64,000 nucleotides of DNA, taken from an uncultured Hormoscilla sp. (GTDB lineage Bacteria; Cyanobacteriota; Cyanobacteriia; Cyanobacteriales; Desertifilaceae). Of this stretch, positions 30,527 to 42,458 are shown piece by piece. The stretch is taken from positions 576,001-640,000 of the forward strand of contig OZ001293.3 in the NCBI GenBank assembly GCA_963921275.4, written 5' to 3'. The position numbers were made by a program, and so were the translations under genes. Positions within the stretch are counted from its first letter, which is position 1; each line of letters starts with the position of its first letter. The notes below the pieces were generated by a model that saw only the letters and a program-made list of their open reading frames with translations, had not been told where the DNA came from and ran no database searches.

Positions 30527-33396
30527 TTATGTCCAGTCACCGAGCGCCCGAACGAACGCCTGTTGGGGCCGCACCCAGAGGACAGTCTCTTGCTTGTAGA
30601 TGACCATACCAGGTTTGGCGCCCTTGGGTTTATAAACATGCTTGGGGGCTGTGTACACCACCGGCACCCGATCGCTCTGGCGTCCCTGACTATAATACCC
30701 TGCCAGGTCGGCGGCAAATTGCAAATCCACGTCATCGGGTAGTTTACCAGGTTGTAACCGCATGAGCACGTGACTACCAGGAATTTCTTGGGTGTGAAAC
30801 CAGAGGTCATAGTCATTGGCGATCCGAAAAGAGATCTGGTCATTCTGCCGGTTGTTGCGACCGATTAACAGTTCAAAACCGCTGGGTGTCTGGAAACGAT
30901 AAGGAACAGAAGTATCAGTATGGCGTCGATGCCTGAGCGATGCCCGAGGGGTAGTGCGACTAGCGCTCCCCTCGGGCATCGTAGGTTTTTGCGTTAGCGC
31001 AGCGGCTGCGCAGCCGCTAGCATCCCGAAGGCATCGAAGGCGGGGCTGTTCGGACTTGTCCAAATATCCCTGATCGATTAACTCTTCGCGAATTTCTGCT
31101 AGAGTTTGTAAATCTTCCTTGGCCTCGTAGCTATCCAGTTGCCAGACGGTAGCTTTCACCAGTTCGAGATACTCAATTTCTACCTTCACTTGGTTGAATA
31201 ATGGTTCAACTGCACTGCGGGCCCGTTTCAGCTTCTGGTGACGCTTGTAAAGGGATTGAGCATTTTGGATAGCATTCTTTTTGGGATCTAGGGGAATGGT
31301 AATGGGTACATTTGTTTGGAAGTCGCACAGGGAAATGGATGTCATTCCCGGTTGCCATTCTTGCAAGTAGGCCATCAGCAAGTCAGCCTGTTGACGATGC
31401 TCGTCGGCGGAGTCCGATTGCTGTAACCGTTCCCAGAATGTCAGGGCTTTTTGACCCTGCTTTTCTAAGAGGCGATCGAGTTTTTGCAGGAGTTGATGGC
31501 GGAGTTGGGTGAATTCCTGGCGGTTCAACTGGCTGGTATAGTAGCGATCGAGCAATTCATGGGTAGAAGGGACTGGTGCCGTTGCGCCCCAACCCATGAT
31601 AGTATATCCCTCTTTTGTCCAGCCCGGATGAAATTGCGCTGTTTCTAGGGCCTGCAACCAGAATTGCCAGCATTTCCACAATTGCTGCCACTCTACATCT
31701 GTGAGAGTATCGGTAGGTTGATTTGGCTCTAACCCCGCTGCTGCGACCATTGATTTTACCAGGGTTGGACTCAGTCCGCGATAGCATTTGAGCAGTTGAC
31801 GCCACAACTGTCCGGGAACTAATCCCACTCGCTCTTGCCAGTGTTGGGGAGATTCGCTTAAATTGGGAATAGGATTAGTCAGGGCTGGTGGCAGTGAGTA
31901 GGGCTGACCGGTGAGAATGGGACGGACGCTGGATTTTTCTTCGCTTACCTGGTGGGCGGCTGTGACGATCTGGTTCTGCTGATTGGTTAAAATTAACCTA
32001 AGTTGCGACCTATTAAAAAAAATATGAATTACCCACTTAGACTTTACAGATATTTGGGATATTTCGTAGCTTTTGATACAAAATTATATTTTTTTTGTGC
32101 TAGACGGCGGGTTGGCTGTTTATAGGTTATAATGTACTAAAATAATAGTTAATTGCTGGGGGATGTAGATGATGGAAGATATGATTACAACAATTTTTGT
32201 TCTTTGTGACGAGCTACTAAAAGCGTTAAATATAAAAGAAGATCCACAAGTAAAAATGAACAATGCCGAAGTGATGACAGTCGGATTAGTTGCTGCATAT
32301 TTTTTCGGAGGACACCACGATCGCTCTTGTCAATTTATGGTCGAACACAAGTATATAAAAAATCTGTTAAGTAAAAGTAGGTTCAATCGTCGATTACACA
32401 ATATTGACGACCAATTTGGATGTTTTTCTTCCAAGTTATAGCTCAAACATTTAAAGAGCTCAATCCGGGTCAAGAATATATTCTTGATAGTTTCCCGGTG
32501 CCAGTATGTGATAATATTAGGATTGATAGATGCCAAATTTATAACAAGGAAGAATATCGAGGGTATATTGCCAGTAAAAAACGTTATTTTTATGGATTAA
32601 GAGTTCATATGTTGGTAAACAAAAATGGAAAGCCAATAGAATTTTATCTAGATCCTGGTAGTTATAATGATGTTAAAGTTTTGCAATCTTTTGGCTTTGA
32701 CTTACCATCAAATTCAATAGTTTATGGAGATAAAGCTTATAATGATTATCAATTAGAGGATTTACTAAAAGAGTCGTCAAGTATAATGTTAAAACCTTTG
32801 CGAAAAAAGAACTCAAAAAGAAAAGAATCTTCTTGTTTTGAATATATACAAAAAGTAACAAGAAAACAAGTTGAAACCTGTTTTAGTCGAATCACCAATT
32901 TGTTTCCCAAGTCAATTCATGCTGTTACATCTAAGGGATTAGAGTTGAAAATAATTCTCTTTATCATAGCTTTTTGTATCCAATTTTTATAGATCGCAAT
33001 TTGAGTTAAAATTACGTTACTGTATTTGCCCATGATCTCTACGTACAGGTGCCAGAGGGCTGGTTCTCCCGGACGCTTGGCAAATTGTAGGTCTAAGGCC
33101 CTTTCCCAAGGGGCGACTGTTTCAATGGCCACCCAGGCCAGACCATGCAGTTGATGTCGGAGTTGGTCGCTAAAGGTAAAGGTATCGGGGATTTTCGGCG
33201 GTGGGTCGCCGATGCATATATGTGCGGCTTGGGGATGCCAGCAGATATTTAGCCAATTTCGGCCCCTCAGGGTACGCAATGCTAGGGCCAGATTGTGCCG
33301 ATCGCGCTGATAGACTTGTTCTAGTCTGGCGGGCAGCATGCGATCGCGCAGTTCAGCACAAGCAGCAGTTAGGGTAGTAAAGTCAACGGGTTGCAC
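30527..33396 (-). pseudogene. NFACT/RqcH (FbpA-like) protein split by an IS982
   Basis: VEIMGKYSNVIL|TNQQNQ rejoins across the IS; GRNNRQND and WFHTQEIPGSH. Also carries an in-frame 111-nt insert at 30928-31038. Confidence 0.9.
31996..33006 (+). mobile_element. IS982-family element with a frameshifted transposase (32169-32992)
   Basis: TIRs acctaagttgcgacctat / atagatcgcaatttgagt; 8-bp TSD taaaatta at 31988-31995 and 33007-33014; DSFPVPVC, YFYGLRVH and GDKAY motifs. Confidence 0.9.
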
Positions 33397-33529
33397 GGCG
33401 AGTCTTACCTAGAGGACAGCGTGAGAGGCCGTTTGTAGTGACGACTACAGTCTTTACCATTTGTAGGGAGCCCCGTAAACCATTAGGTCAAGTTTAGTAT
33501 TATCAAACCCGATATTGACAACTTGAGTA

Positions 33530-33801
33530 ATAACTCCATACCTGCTGCTGATAGTCACCAGCAGTCATAGTCCTGGTAGAAAAGGAACCATTGGAACCGC
33601 TAATGTTGACATTAACGCCCCCTAGTCCTTCGCCGCTGTCGTAGAAATTGTCGCGCGTCAGCATCTGCAAACACTACTCCCAACAACCAGGGTAGGCCGT
33701 TGTTTGAGCGCGAGCCAAAATTCTGGACGACCACCAGGGGACCGACGCTAGTATTGGAGTTATTTTCGGGTAGGACCGCAATACCCACCTCCCGGTAATT
33801 C
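33530..33801 (-). pseudogene. 3' remnant of a CAP/SdrD-B-like secreted protein gene (3' exon of intron I1)
   Basis: YREVGIA...GPLVVVQNFG...LLGVVFAD, then a frameshift to SGEGLGGVNVNI. Confidence 0.5.
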
Positions 33802-34600
33802 GTTAAACTAAGCCAGGGTGTTGCCACCCCGTCTCGTCTTCAGAACCGGACGATCTGCTTTTCACCTCATCCGGCTCCTCAGTAATGCCATCCCTGTCAT
33901 GGATACGGCGACTACCATCGCTGGCAGTTTTTTTTACATCGTAGCAGTTGTCGCCACGTTGTGCCGCTCTGTAAATTCTCAGAAGCAAAAGACTTTCCTT
34001 TCCAGCTTTCGCCAGGGGGGGTTGTCCTCCATTCATTCATTGGTTTGATTACCGTGCTCATAAGGTTTTTACTGCTACTTACAACTTCACATTTGACATT
34101 ACCGTGGTCGGCTTATCCTGTCCATTACAGATAGGCGTTTGCTTCTCCACGAAATCCTTCCTAATCATGACCTGCCTGATGAAGGCAGAGGTTGCGCCTT
34201 TGGTGGCTATCGACTCGATAGAGAGTACATGATCAGGTTACTTCGTTCCTACAGGTGATTAGTTGTAGCTAAGGATGGATTCCTTACGCCGGGTTTGTTG
34301 TCGGTGCTTACTGGTCGGTGAGCAGAACCGCCAGCGACCTGTATCCTTTCCCTTTTGGGCCGTCAGCCTTATTTCACTGGTTTTATGTTACGACGCTGCA
34401 AATCTTTGCTTTATGCTCATCATGGCTACTTGCTTGGCTTCGATGCCTTCGGGATGCAACGCAGGCAACCCCTCAGGTATCGGACCGGTGTAGGCTACCA
34501 GTCGCCTTTCATTCCCGCTTTACGGATTGATGCCATCGCTACCGTCGGGAATGTGCTGTCACTCCTACACCTGGAGGGATTGAATGTTCTCCGCTCATGC
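33802..34600 (-). mobile_element. Group II intron I1: RT internally deleted, 5' end lost
   Basis: DV gagccggatgaggtgaaaagcagatcgtccgg and DVI ending tagtttaac. The RT N-terminus (RIYRAAQRG) is fused to its C-terminus (KTASDGS). The RNA is homologous to I4. Confidence 0.8.
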
Positions 34601-36564
34601 AATCGTGGAAATAACATCCCTACCGCAGAATAGCTGGTCATCCTAACCACCTTGCTAACTTCAAATGACACAGGGTAAACCCTACAGGGTCTTGAGGACA
34701 GGTCGAATCCTCAAGTAAGTATGAGGCAACAAAGACCGAACGGAGGGTAGAAGATGAGGCAGGAAGCGAACGCTGCTCTGTAATGGAGTGGATAAGGGTT
34801 CAAAATTTGCCCTTGACCGAAAGGAATAGCAGACTTGCCTTGGGTCTTATACGAGAGAGACAATTGACAAGGAAACTTAACGGAGTGATAAGTTAGGTGT
34901 CAAACAAATGTTTGATAAACGGAAGCAACGGACAACTACTGGAGCCAGATTAATTGGAAAAAAGCCGATAATATTGTTAATAATTTCCCTCAATAAATCC
35001 TGCCCGAAAACTTGGTCAAGCAAGTACGTAACCGGCAAAAACTGTTAATAAGAAGCCGAGCAAACCTATTGCTTAGTGTCAGAGAAATTACTCAAAAAAG
35101 GAAAGAGCACCCCAGCTATTGATAAGGAGGTGATAGAAACACCAGGGGATAGAGTCAAGCTTGCCAACAACTGGGAAATGCCGAAAGCCAATCCCACTAA
35201 GCGGGTCCATATCCCGAAAGCTAATGGCAAGAAACGTCCTCTCGGTATCCCAACCATGAAGGATAGAGTCGCACAAGCTATAGTCAAAAACTCATTAGAA
35301 CCCGAATGGGAAGCAGTGTTTGAAGCCCACTCATACGGATTTCGGCCAGGCCGCTCGTGCCACGATGCCATCGAGCAATGTTTCATTAGATTGAGTAAAG
35401 GCAGAGACACTTGGGTTCTAGACGCTGATATTAAAGGATTCTTCGACAACATAGCCCATGAAGCCATTATCAAGAAAATTGGCTCGTTTCCATATAGCGA
35501 CTCAATCAAGAGATGGTTAAAATCTGGATTTATCGACAAGGGTAGTTATAGCCCAACTGAGACAGGCACTCCTCAAGGTGCTGTAATAAGTCCTTTACTA
35601 GCCAATATCGGACTGCACGGGTTAGAAGAATTTATCAAACAAGTTAACCCCTCGCTAGGCATCATCCGGTATGCTGACGATTTTGTCGTCACATCCAAGG
35701 ACAAAGAATCCTTAGAAACAGTGCTGATCCAGCTAAAGCAATGGATGTCTGAAAGAGGACTGGAAATCAGTACGGAGAAAAGCAAAATAGTTCACAGAAA
35801 TGAGGGGTTTGACTTCCTGAGCTTCAACCTCCGCCATTACGGCGGTAAACTTTTAACCAAACCTCAAAAGTCCAAAGTCCTTGACTTTTGAAAAAAGATA
35901 AGTGACGAAGTTAAGGAAAAAGTTGATTGGGCTCAAGAAGCTATAATAAACGAATCCAATTCTCCGAGGTTTTGCTAACTCCTAGTGGGGTAAGCAAAGA
36001 AGCCTTCAGCTACATCTAGTATCGATTGTGGCATCTTCCGTTGGGCTTTACGTCGGCATCCCAACAAATCAAAAACATGGGTCCTTAATCGTTACTTTGG
36101 AAAATGTAAGGGACGTAGCTATAACTTCGTAACTGATATAAAGGGTCGGAAAAAATTCCGGGATCTCTATGATATCAGTAGTAGGTCAGGCACATCAAAG
36201 TTAAAGGGACCGCAATGACGACCCAGCACTCCAAGAATACTGGTTCAAACGCAATAAACGGGCCAAATTACTGGGCAAAAGGCTCAAAATATGAAAGGGT
36301 TGCCCAAGAACTGGAATTGTCCCATTGGCAATGAACCTCTATTCAACGGAGAAAAGATTGAGACTCACCACATAGTACCTGTAAAGCAAGGTGGTTCGGA
36401 CGACACTGAAAACCTTGTCCATTTACACGCAGCGTGTCACAAACAGGTACATTCAAAATTCAAGAAAGAAAGGCTTGAAGTAAGGTCTTAGCCGTATGAG
36501 GGGATAACTCTCATGTACGGTTAGTCGGGGAGGGGAGAGAGGTGACTCTCAAACCTTACCCTCT
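34600..36564 (+). mobile_element. Group II intron I2 with a decayed RT-maturase-HNH ORF (about 34908-36491); 5' end not found
   Basis: RPLGIPT, GTPQG, RYADD and HH..NL.H..CH motifs with several stops and frameshifts; DV agccgtatgaggggataactctcatgtacgg. Confidence 0.85.
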
Positions 36565-36624
36565 AAAGTCTCACGTCCGGTTCTGGAGACGAGTCGCCTC
36601 CTCGACTCCCTGGCTTAGTTTAAT
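36565..36624 (+). mobile_element. Group II intron stub I3 (half of DV plus DVI)
   Basis: aaagtctcacgtccggttctggagacgag...ggcttagtttaat, the same end type as I1 and I4. Confidence 0.7.
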
Positions 36625-36900
36625 CATAGCTTACTGTTACTACACGACCTGATATCGTGTTAATAATTACAGTAATATTATTGATGGCATCGTGATTGTT
36701 GTGCCAGGAACTTTTCCAGACATCGACGTACCCTAATTGCATTTTCAACGACCGACGGCTTTAAACCCCTTCTTTGCATTTATCCAAAGCATGACCCGAA
36801 TACTCGCGACCTGCAATTATTTTCGATGTATTTGTTTCGGATACTACTTTTAGAGGTGCCTCCTTTCTCCCAACTGGTTTCGATGCTGGTGTTGCATTAG
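36625..36900 (-). pseudogene. Decayed polymorphic-toxin C-terminus (DUF4258-like)
   Basis: Across frameshifts: AGREYSGHALDK.QRRGLKPSVVENAI..GKVPGTT.HDAINNITVII..GRVVTVSY. Confidence 0.5.
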
Positions 36901-36969
36901 ATAAATCATTCAATCTTTCTATCGCCTTTGCTCTCTGATCTACTCCTGTCAGTTATATTAGATATTAAA

Positions 36970-39618
36970 CTAAGCCAGAGGGTCACCCCTCCGACTCGTC
37001 TCCAAAACCGGACTTGATACTTTCGCATCATCCGGCTCCTCAGTAACGCCACCCTTGTCATGGGTACGGCTGTGACTACCATCGCTGGCAGTCTTTATAT
37101 CGTGGCAATGTTTGTGTAGTAACTGTAGGTTGTCGTACTGGTTTTTACCCCCTAATGAGAGGGGCTTGATATGGTCAACTTCCCACTTGTCACCATCCAT
37201 AAACGTTAATCCGCATTGTTGGCACTTTCCCTTTTGTCTCTTGAGTAGCGTTGCTACCCTCTTATTTAGCTCGGGGCTTTTGCCTAATCTCGTACTCCAA
37301 TATGTAAGGTTCCCGTCATATGGGCTTGCTGTACCTTTCACTTTTATGTGCCTGATTATCTCAGTTTCGGAGTATCTGTACAGCGTTATTTTTTCCTCTC
37401 CTATTTGGCACCGGAATCGCCATTTACCGTCCTCACTCAGGGACCAGTACTTACGAGCTATCCAATGACTGGATTTATTGGGATGTCTCCTTTTTGCCCA
37501 CTGCCAGAGAATGGTCCATAGGTAGTGGTCCATGTAGCTGTATGTTTCTTTACTTACCACTGTCCTATAATAGTTTGACCATCCCCGTATTATCGGGTTT
37601 AGCTTACTTATTAAGGCTGCTTGTGGTGCTGCTTTATGGCTGGCCACCATTTCTGATAGCCGTTCTTTATGCTTCCCTATGGACTTATTACTGGGTTTGA
37701 TTAGGGTTTTGAATCCTAGGGGTGTTCCGTTGGTTGACTTGCCGGTTCTGTATTTACCTATCTCATATTGCCTTACTTTGAAACCCAGGAAGTCAAACCC
37801 CGGGCTTTCTCCTTTTAGCGTATGAGCTATTTTTGTCTTCTCGGCTTTCAATTCTAGCCCTATTCCCTTTAGCCATTCTGCCACCACTATCTGCGCTCTG
37901 TCTATCATTCCCCTATCTTCATGCATTACCACAAAGTCATCAGCATACCTGACTACTGTCAGCTTTTGCTTTTCTTTTTGTGTCCTGGCGAGTTCCTTTA
38001 CTGCCTCCTCTAGTCCATGTAGGGCTATGTTGGCTAGTAGTGGTGATATGACTCCCCCTTGGGGTGTTCCCGCTTCGGTTGCATGCCATTCTCCTTTGTC
38101 TATCACCCCGGCTTTTAACCATGCCCGTATCTGCTTACGGATTGGTGACGTTGTATTTAATTTTTTTATTAGCGCTTTGTGGTCAATCTTATTGAAACAT
38201 TTTGCAATATCGGCATCCAATACCCACTTGGGTTTATATCTGATGCTGTTAAATATTGCCTTGATTGCATCGTGGCATCCCCGACCCGGTCTGAATCCAT
38301 AGGAGTTCCCTTCCATGTACGCTTCCCATTCGGGTTCGAGCGCAATCTTGAGGAGTCTGTGCGATTCGTTCTAGCCTAACGTGGTCAAACACGGAACGCT
38401 AGCCCGGTTTCATTAGCCGGGAACTCTGACCGCATGGGGGTTAAATTCCCCTCCCCCCAGGTACGGGGGTGACACCGGTCCTCGGTGCTACGAAGCGACA
38501 TCATCGTGGTGCTAAGCGAGGACTCAAATGTAGGATAACTGGCAGCCTAAGCCGGTGACGCCGCTAGGAAAGATATCCAAGGTTAGAGCAGGCAAACATG
38601 TGCAAGCCTCGTTATAAGGAACCAGCGAAATAAGGCTATATGCGCTGGCCTAAAAAGGAAATGGTAGCTAGTATTAGTTTTAGACTCTGGCTAATATAGT
38701 ACTCAAATAGCTCCCGGGGTATAGTGTGGACCTAAAGGTATCGCGAAATGTTGTTAGGGAACGAAGTAACCTCTCGTGTGCTGTCCATCAGGACAAGTTA
38801 GATGTTAAGCGCAAGCCACGGGGGGAGGGATGGCCCAAGAAGCGAATGCCCGGGGTAATTCCTGGGATAACATCTACAGTAATGTAGATGATGCTGGGTA
38901 GCCAGCGCTGACGTGGGTCGGTGATACTAGGAAGCTGCTGGAATGAGTAATCCTAAAAAGCCACGGAACTAATCCGAAACGCAAGTGGAGGATAAGGTAT
39001 GGATAACTGGTAAAACTGACTTGAAAATGGTGATACTAACGGTTATCAGAACAACCACTCGCTAAACCAGGAAAGGGAAGAAAAGACAGGCGGCAAGGGC
39101 TAACGGAAGTAATTCCTATTAAGTCTACCTATGAAAAGGGCCTAGTACCCAGTAGCCGGATGCGGTGAAAATCGCAAGTCCGGTTCCTCAAGGGAGGGTC
39201 GGGAAGCGATTCCCGGCTCGACCCCATCCCTGTGTCGCACGGTCGTACATCGTTGGTATTCCTAAAGGACGCTTCTCCTCTCTCCCCGGCTTTGGTATCC
39301 ATACACGACGTGTAGGTTTGGCCTTGTTTGAGATTTCAATCCGTCCTACCAGTTCTGAGCGTTGCTTTGGGGTCAGTGCTTTTACACTGTCCACTCCCGC
39401 CGTCTTCTTTCCCTGGTTGTCTTGAGTTACCTGTCGTACCGCTAGACTTTTGGCAGCCCGGGATTTTACCAGTAACCTTTGGAGTCTGCGAACTGGTCGC
39501 TTATTACGCCTTCCATTGCCGCTCTGTAAATTCGCTTTTGCAACTTAAAGACTACCCGCTCCAGCCGAGGCCAGGGGGTATCCTTTCATTCATTCATCGA
39601 TTCGGAAATCGTGCTCAT
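36970..39618 (-). pseudogene. ltrA: Intron-encoded RT/maturase/HNH of I4, interrupted by I5
   Basis: YDRATQ|RLLKIALEPEWEA rejoins across I5; GTPQGG, RYADD and HNH motifs are present. There is an early TGA and a frameshift near the N-terminus. Confidence 0.88.
38359..39229 (+). ncRNA. ORF-less group II intron I5, inserted antisense in the I4 RT gene
   Basis: GTGCGATTCGTTCTAG start; DV agccggatgcggtgaaaatcgcaagtccgg. EBS1 AGACTC (38682-38687) is complementary to exon GAGTCT. Removing it restores the RT frame. Confidence 0.9.
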
Positions 39619-39670
39619 GACCTGTGTATTGCTACTTACAACTTTACAATTAACGTTACCGTGAGGGCGT

Positions 39671-40613
39671 GGTCGGGGTCGAGCTGGGAATCACTTCCCA
39701 ACCCTCCAAGAGCGAAACCGGACTTGCGACTTTCACCGCTGGGGCTTGTCCTTAGGCATATCATCATCAATAATTAGGTCACCCCGTTTCCCCTTACCCT
39801 CTGTAATTTTACCCCTTATGGTCAATCCTATTGGACCGTTAATGATTTCAGCTCCGGAAGGTTCGCGGAGGGTAGTTCAGCAAACCGGTCTAACCGCTCT
39901 TTACTAACATTTCCCCATTCCTGATTTATCGGGGCTCTGAACTTTACCCGGCTGAGACTCTAGTCCATATTCATACTTTTGGATTTCTCCTAAGTTTTGC
40001 GACATATTAGGGCTACTTTCACCAAAGGCTTCTTACCATATCCGTCCGACGTCAGCTTATCCACGGGCATTACCCCGGGCATTTGCTTCTTAGGACATCC
40101 TTCCCCTCGTGGCTTGCGCTATGCGCTCCGCGCACGCTACGCGGACGTACATCTAACTGGTTCGGCCCCGTTGAGCCGAACTGCACACAAGAGGTTACTT
40201 CGTTCCCTGGTATCATTTCTCGATGCTTTTAGGTTCCTGCTATACCCCGGGAGTTCTTCGAGTGCGATGCTAGTAAGTACAGATTACCAACACTAACTAC
40301 CATTTCCCTTTTGGGCCAGCGTATCAGCCTTATTCCGCTGGTTATAGGTGACGAGGCTTACACAGGTTCGCTTGTTCTAACCATGAACATCTAACAAGCG
40401 CGGTGTTGCTAGCTTAGGCTGCCAGCTACCCTACATTTAAGTCCTAGCGGAGCACCACGGCGATGTGACTCCGCAGCACTAAGGACCGGTAGTACCCTCG
40501 ACCCCCCACACCTGAAGAGAGGGAATTTAACCCCCATGATAACCAGAGTTGTCTAGCAAATGAAACCAGACCAGACTTTCACCGTCACCGGTTTACGCCT
40601 GAACGAATCGCAC
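39671..40613 (-). ncRNA. ORF-less group II intron I6 inside the I4 RNA (twintron), DV damaged
   Basis: GTGCGATTCGTTC start and cgaccccgacc end; the host rejoins as ggatatgcag|acgccctcacgg. The gtagccggat part of DV is missing. Confidence 0.88.
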
Positions 40614-41514
40614 CTGCATATCCTATCCATTACAGACAGGCGTTGGCTTCTCCTCGAAATCTTTCCCAGATACAACCTGCCTTCCGGAGAGCAGATGTTG
40701 CGCCTGTGGTGGCTACTCAACCTATTGACCGGTGGTTGAGAGTATGTACCTGGTTTACTTCGTTCCTCTAGATGATTGGTCGTAGTTTTAGGTGGACTCT
40801 ATATGCCGGGTTTGTTGTCAGTGCTTATTGGTCGAATTACAACCGCCAATGACCTGTATCCTTTCCCTTTTGGGCCAGCGTATCAGCCTTTTCGCTGGTT
40901 TGGTATAACGACACTTATGAGCCTTTGCTTTTGCTCACCATGACTACTTGCTTGACGGTAACCGGTTTAAGCTGCCAGTTATTGCGCCTTTCTCTCCCGC
41001 TTTACGGATTGATGCCATCGCTACCGTCGGAAGAGTGCTGTCACTCCTGCACCTGGAGGGGTGGGCTTTCACCACCATCATCTAAAAGTTGTCAGGGCTA
41101 ATGGAACCCTGCTAGTGGTCCCTTTTTTTGACATGTGTCAAGTCATTTTACAATAAACGAATCGCACTATAACAGATATAATCATAGATGTCAAGCGAGC
41201 CGACGATCGCATCTTATGTTCCCGATCTCTAACAAGCAACAACTAACAACCAATAACTGAGTCCCCCCGTCAGTTCGTAGTCATAGCGACCCGAAGATAG
41301 GAAACGCATACCTCCTTGCAGCGCCGCATGCGCCAGTCCGCCATTCCGGGCAGGGACCATAGGTTTCCCGGCAAACACCGTGCCACCGTCAAAAATGCGA
41401 TTCAACTCATTCCACCCCATCTGTCTGACCAATCCCACTCCCGTTATAAAACTTAACATCTTGTAATTTATCGCAACAAAATTAAAATCTACTTAAGAAA
41501 CAGGGATCTCCCAT

Positions 41515-42104
41515 GGGAGAGGAACGAAGTAACCCCCGTGGTGCTGTCCTCATTTGGACAAGTCAGATGTGCGTCCGCGTAGCGTGCGCGCAGCGCATAG
41601 CGCATGCCCATGAGGGGAGAGATGGCCCGAGAGGCTAATGCCTAGGCGGTGTCTGGAGCATGCCTTGGTGTCTGGAGCACACCGAGTCCTTCAGGACAAG
41701 AGTGTGCGGAAGACGCCAAAGTCCTTCAGGACAAGAGCATGCGGAAGACGCCGGTAATGCCTATGGATACGCAGACGCGGGTCGGTGATACTAGTAAACT
41801 ATTGGTACAAGTAGCTCTAAAATGTCATAAGCCCATTTACAGCGTTAGCGAAAGCGAGTTGAGGATTGAGGAATGTTTAACTGGTAAAACGGAGTGTTAA
41901 ATGGTGATACTAAAGGTTATCCGGCAGCTCCACTCACCAACCAGGAAAGGGGCGGACGTGCAAGTAGTAAGGGACAATGGGAGTAATCCCTAGTAATCCT
42001 ACCCGTGAAAGGGGCCCTAGTATCCAGTAGCCGTGTGCGGTGAAAGTCGCATGCACGGTTCCGAAAGGGAGGGTTGTCCCGCGAGGGACAGCTCGACCCC
42101 GACT
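41515..42104 (+). ncRNA. ORF-less group II intron I7, 5'-truncated
   Basis: Homologous to I5 and I8 from ggaacgaagtaac onward; DV agccgtgtgcggtgaaagtcgcatgcacgg; ends cgaccccgact. Confidence 0.8.
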
Positions 42105-42256
42105 TGCATTTAGCCTGTGCGGAAAAGATAAGGGTTGGTTATTTTATTACTTGTGACGATCACATGATTAAAAGGTATCGGGGATATCTGATTGTCATAA
42201 ATCCTACTACATTTGCTAATGATGCTATTAACACAGGAGGCGAAAATGACAAGTAA
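42105..42256 (+). pseudogene. C-terminal part of a PIN-domain protein (3' exon of I7)
   Basis: LHLACAE..YFITCDD...VINP. Confidence 0.65.
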
Positions 42257-42458
42257 ATTGGTTGTTCCGAAAATGGAGTATATTAGGATTGAAGGCATGA
42301 AAGCAATTATCGATCGATTGGTAATTGCTCAAGCGGCTTTCTTTTTCCGTGCTAATCTTTCCCAAGAGGTGGATTATTTACAAGTAAAAGAGGAGATGTT
42401 TGGCGATAAATCTGCTAGGGAACTTTATGAGGAAATTAAAAACCATAGTTCGGTGTAA
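42246..42458 (+). CDS. Small hypothetical partner of the PIN gene
   Basis: ATG overlaps the end of the PIN gene; AGGAGG RBS upstream. Confidence 0.55.
   Translation: MTSKLVVPKMEYIRIEGMKAIIDRLVIAQAAFFFRANLSQEVDYLQVKEEMFGDKSARELYEEIKNHSSV

Larger units (their letters stand above)
36964..41167 (-). mobile_element. Group II intron I4 (IIB/CL-type), host to two inner introns
   Basis: 5' GTGCGATTCGTT at 41167; DV gagccggatgatgcgaaagtatcaagtccgg; 3' end tagtttaat. EBS1 TGTAAT pairs with exon GTTATA. Confidence 0.9.

Noticed and set aside
34908..39618. DGR, retron or defence RT
   Set aside because: Both RTs have YADD, maturase and HNH regions and sit inside group II intron DV/DVI structures.
41229..41459. 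76-aa ORF upstream of I4
   Set aside because: No recognisable motif; I cannot support it as a gene.
39165..41900. Short ORFs such as 39328-39777, 39997-40296 and 41649-41900
   Set aside because: They overlap intron RNA or lie antisense to the RT, and show no protein motifs.
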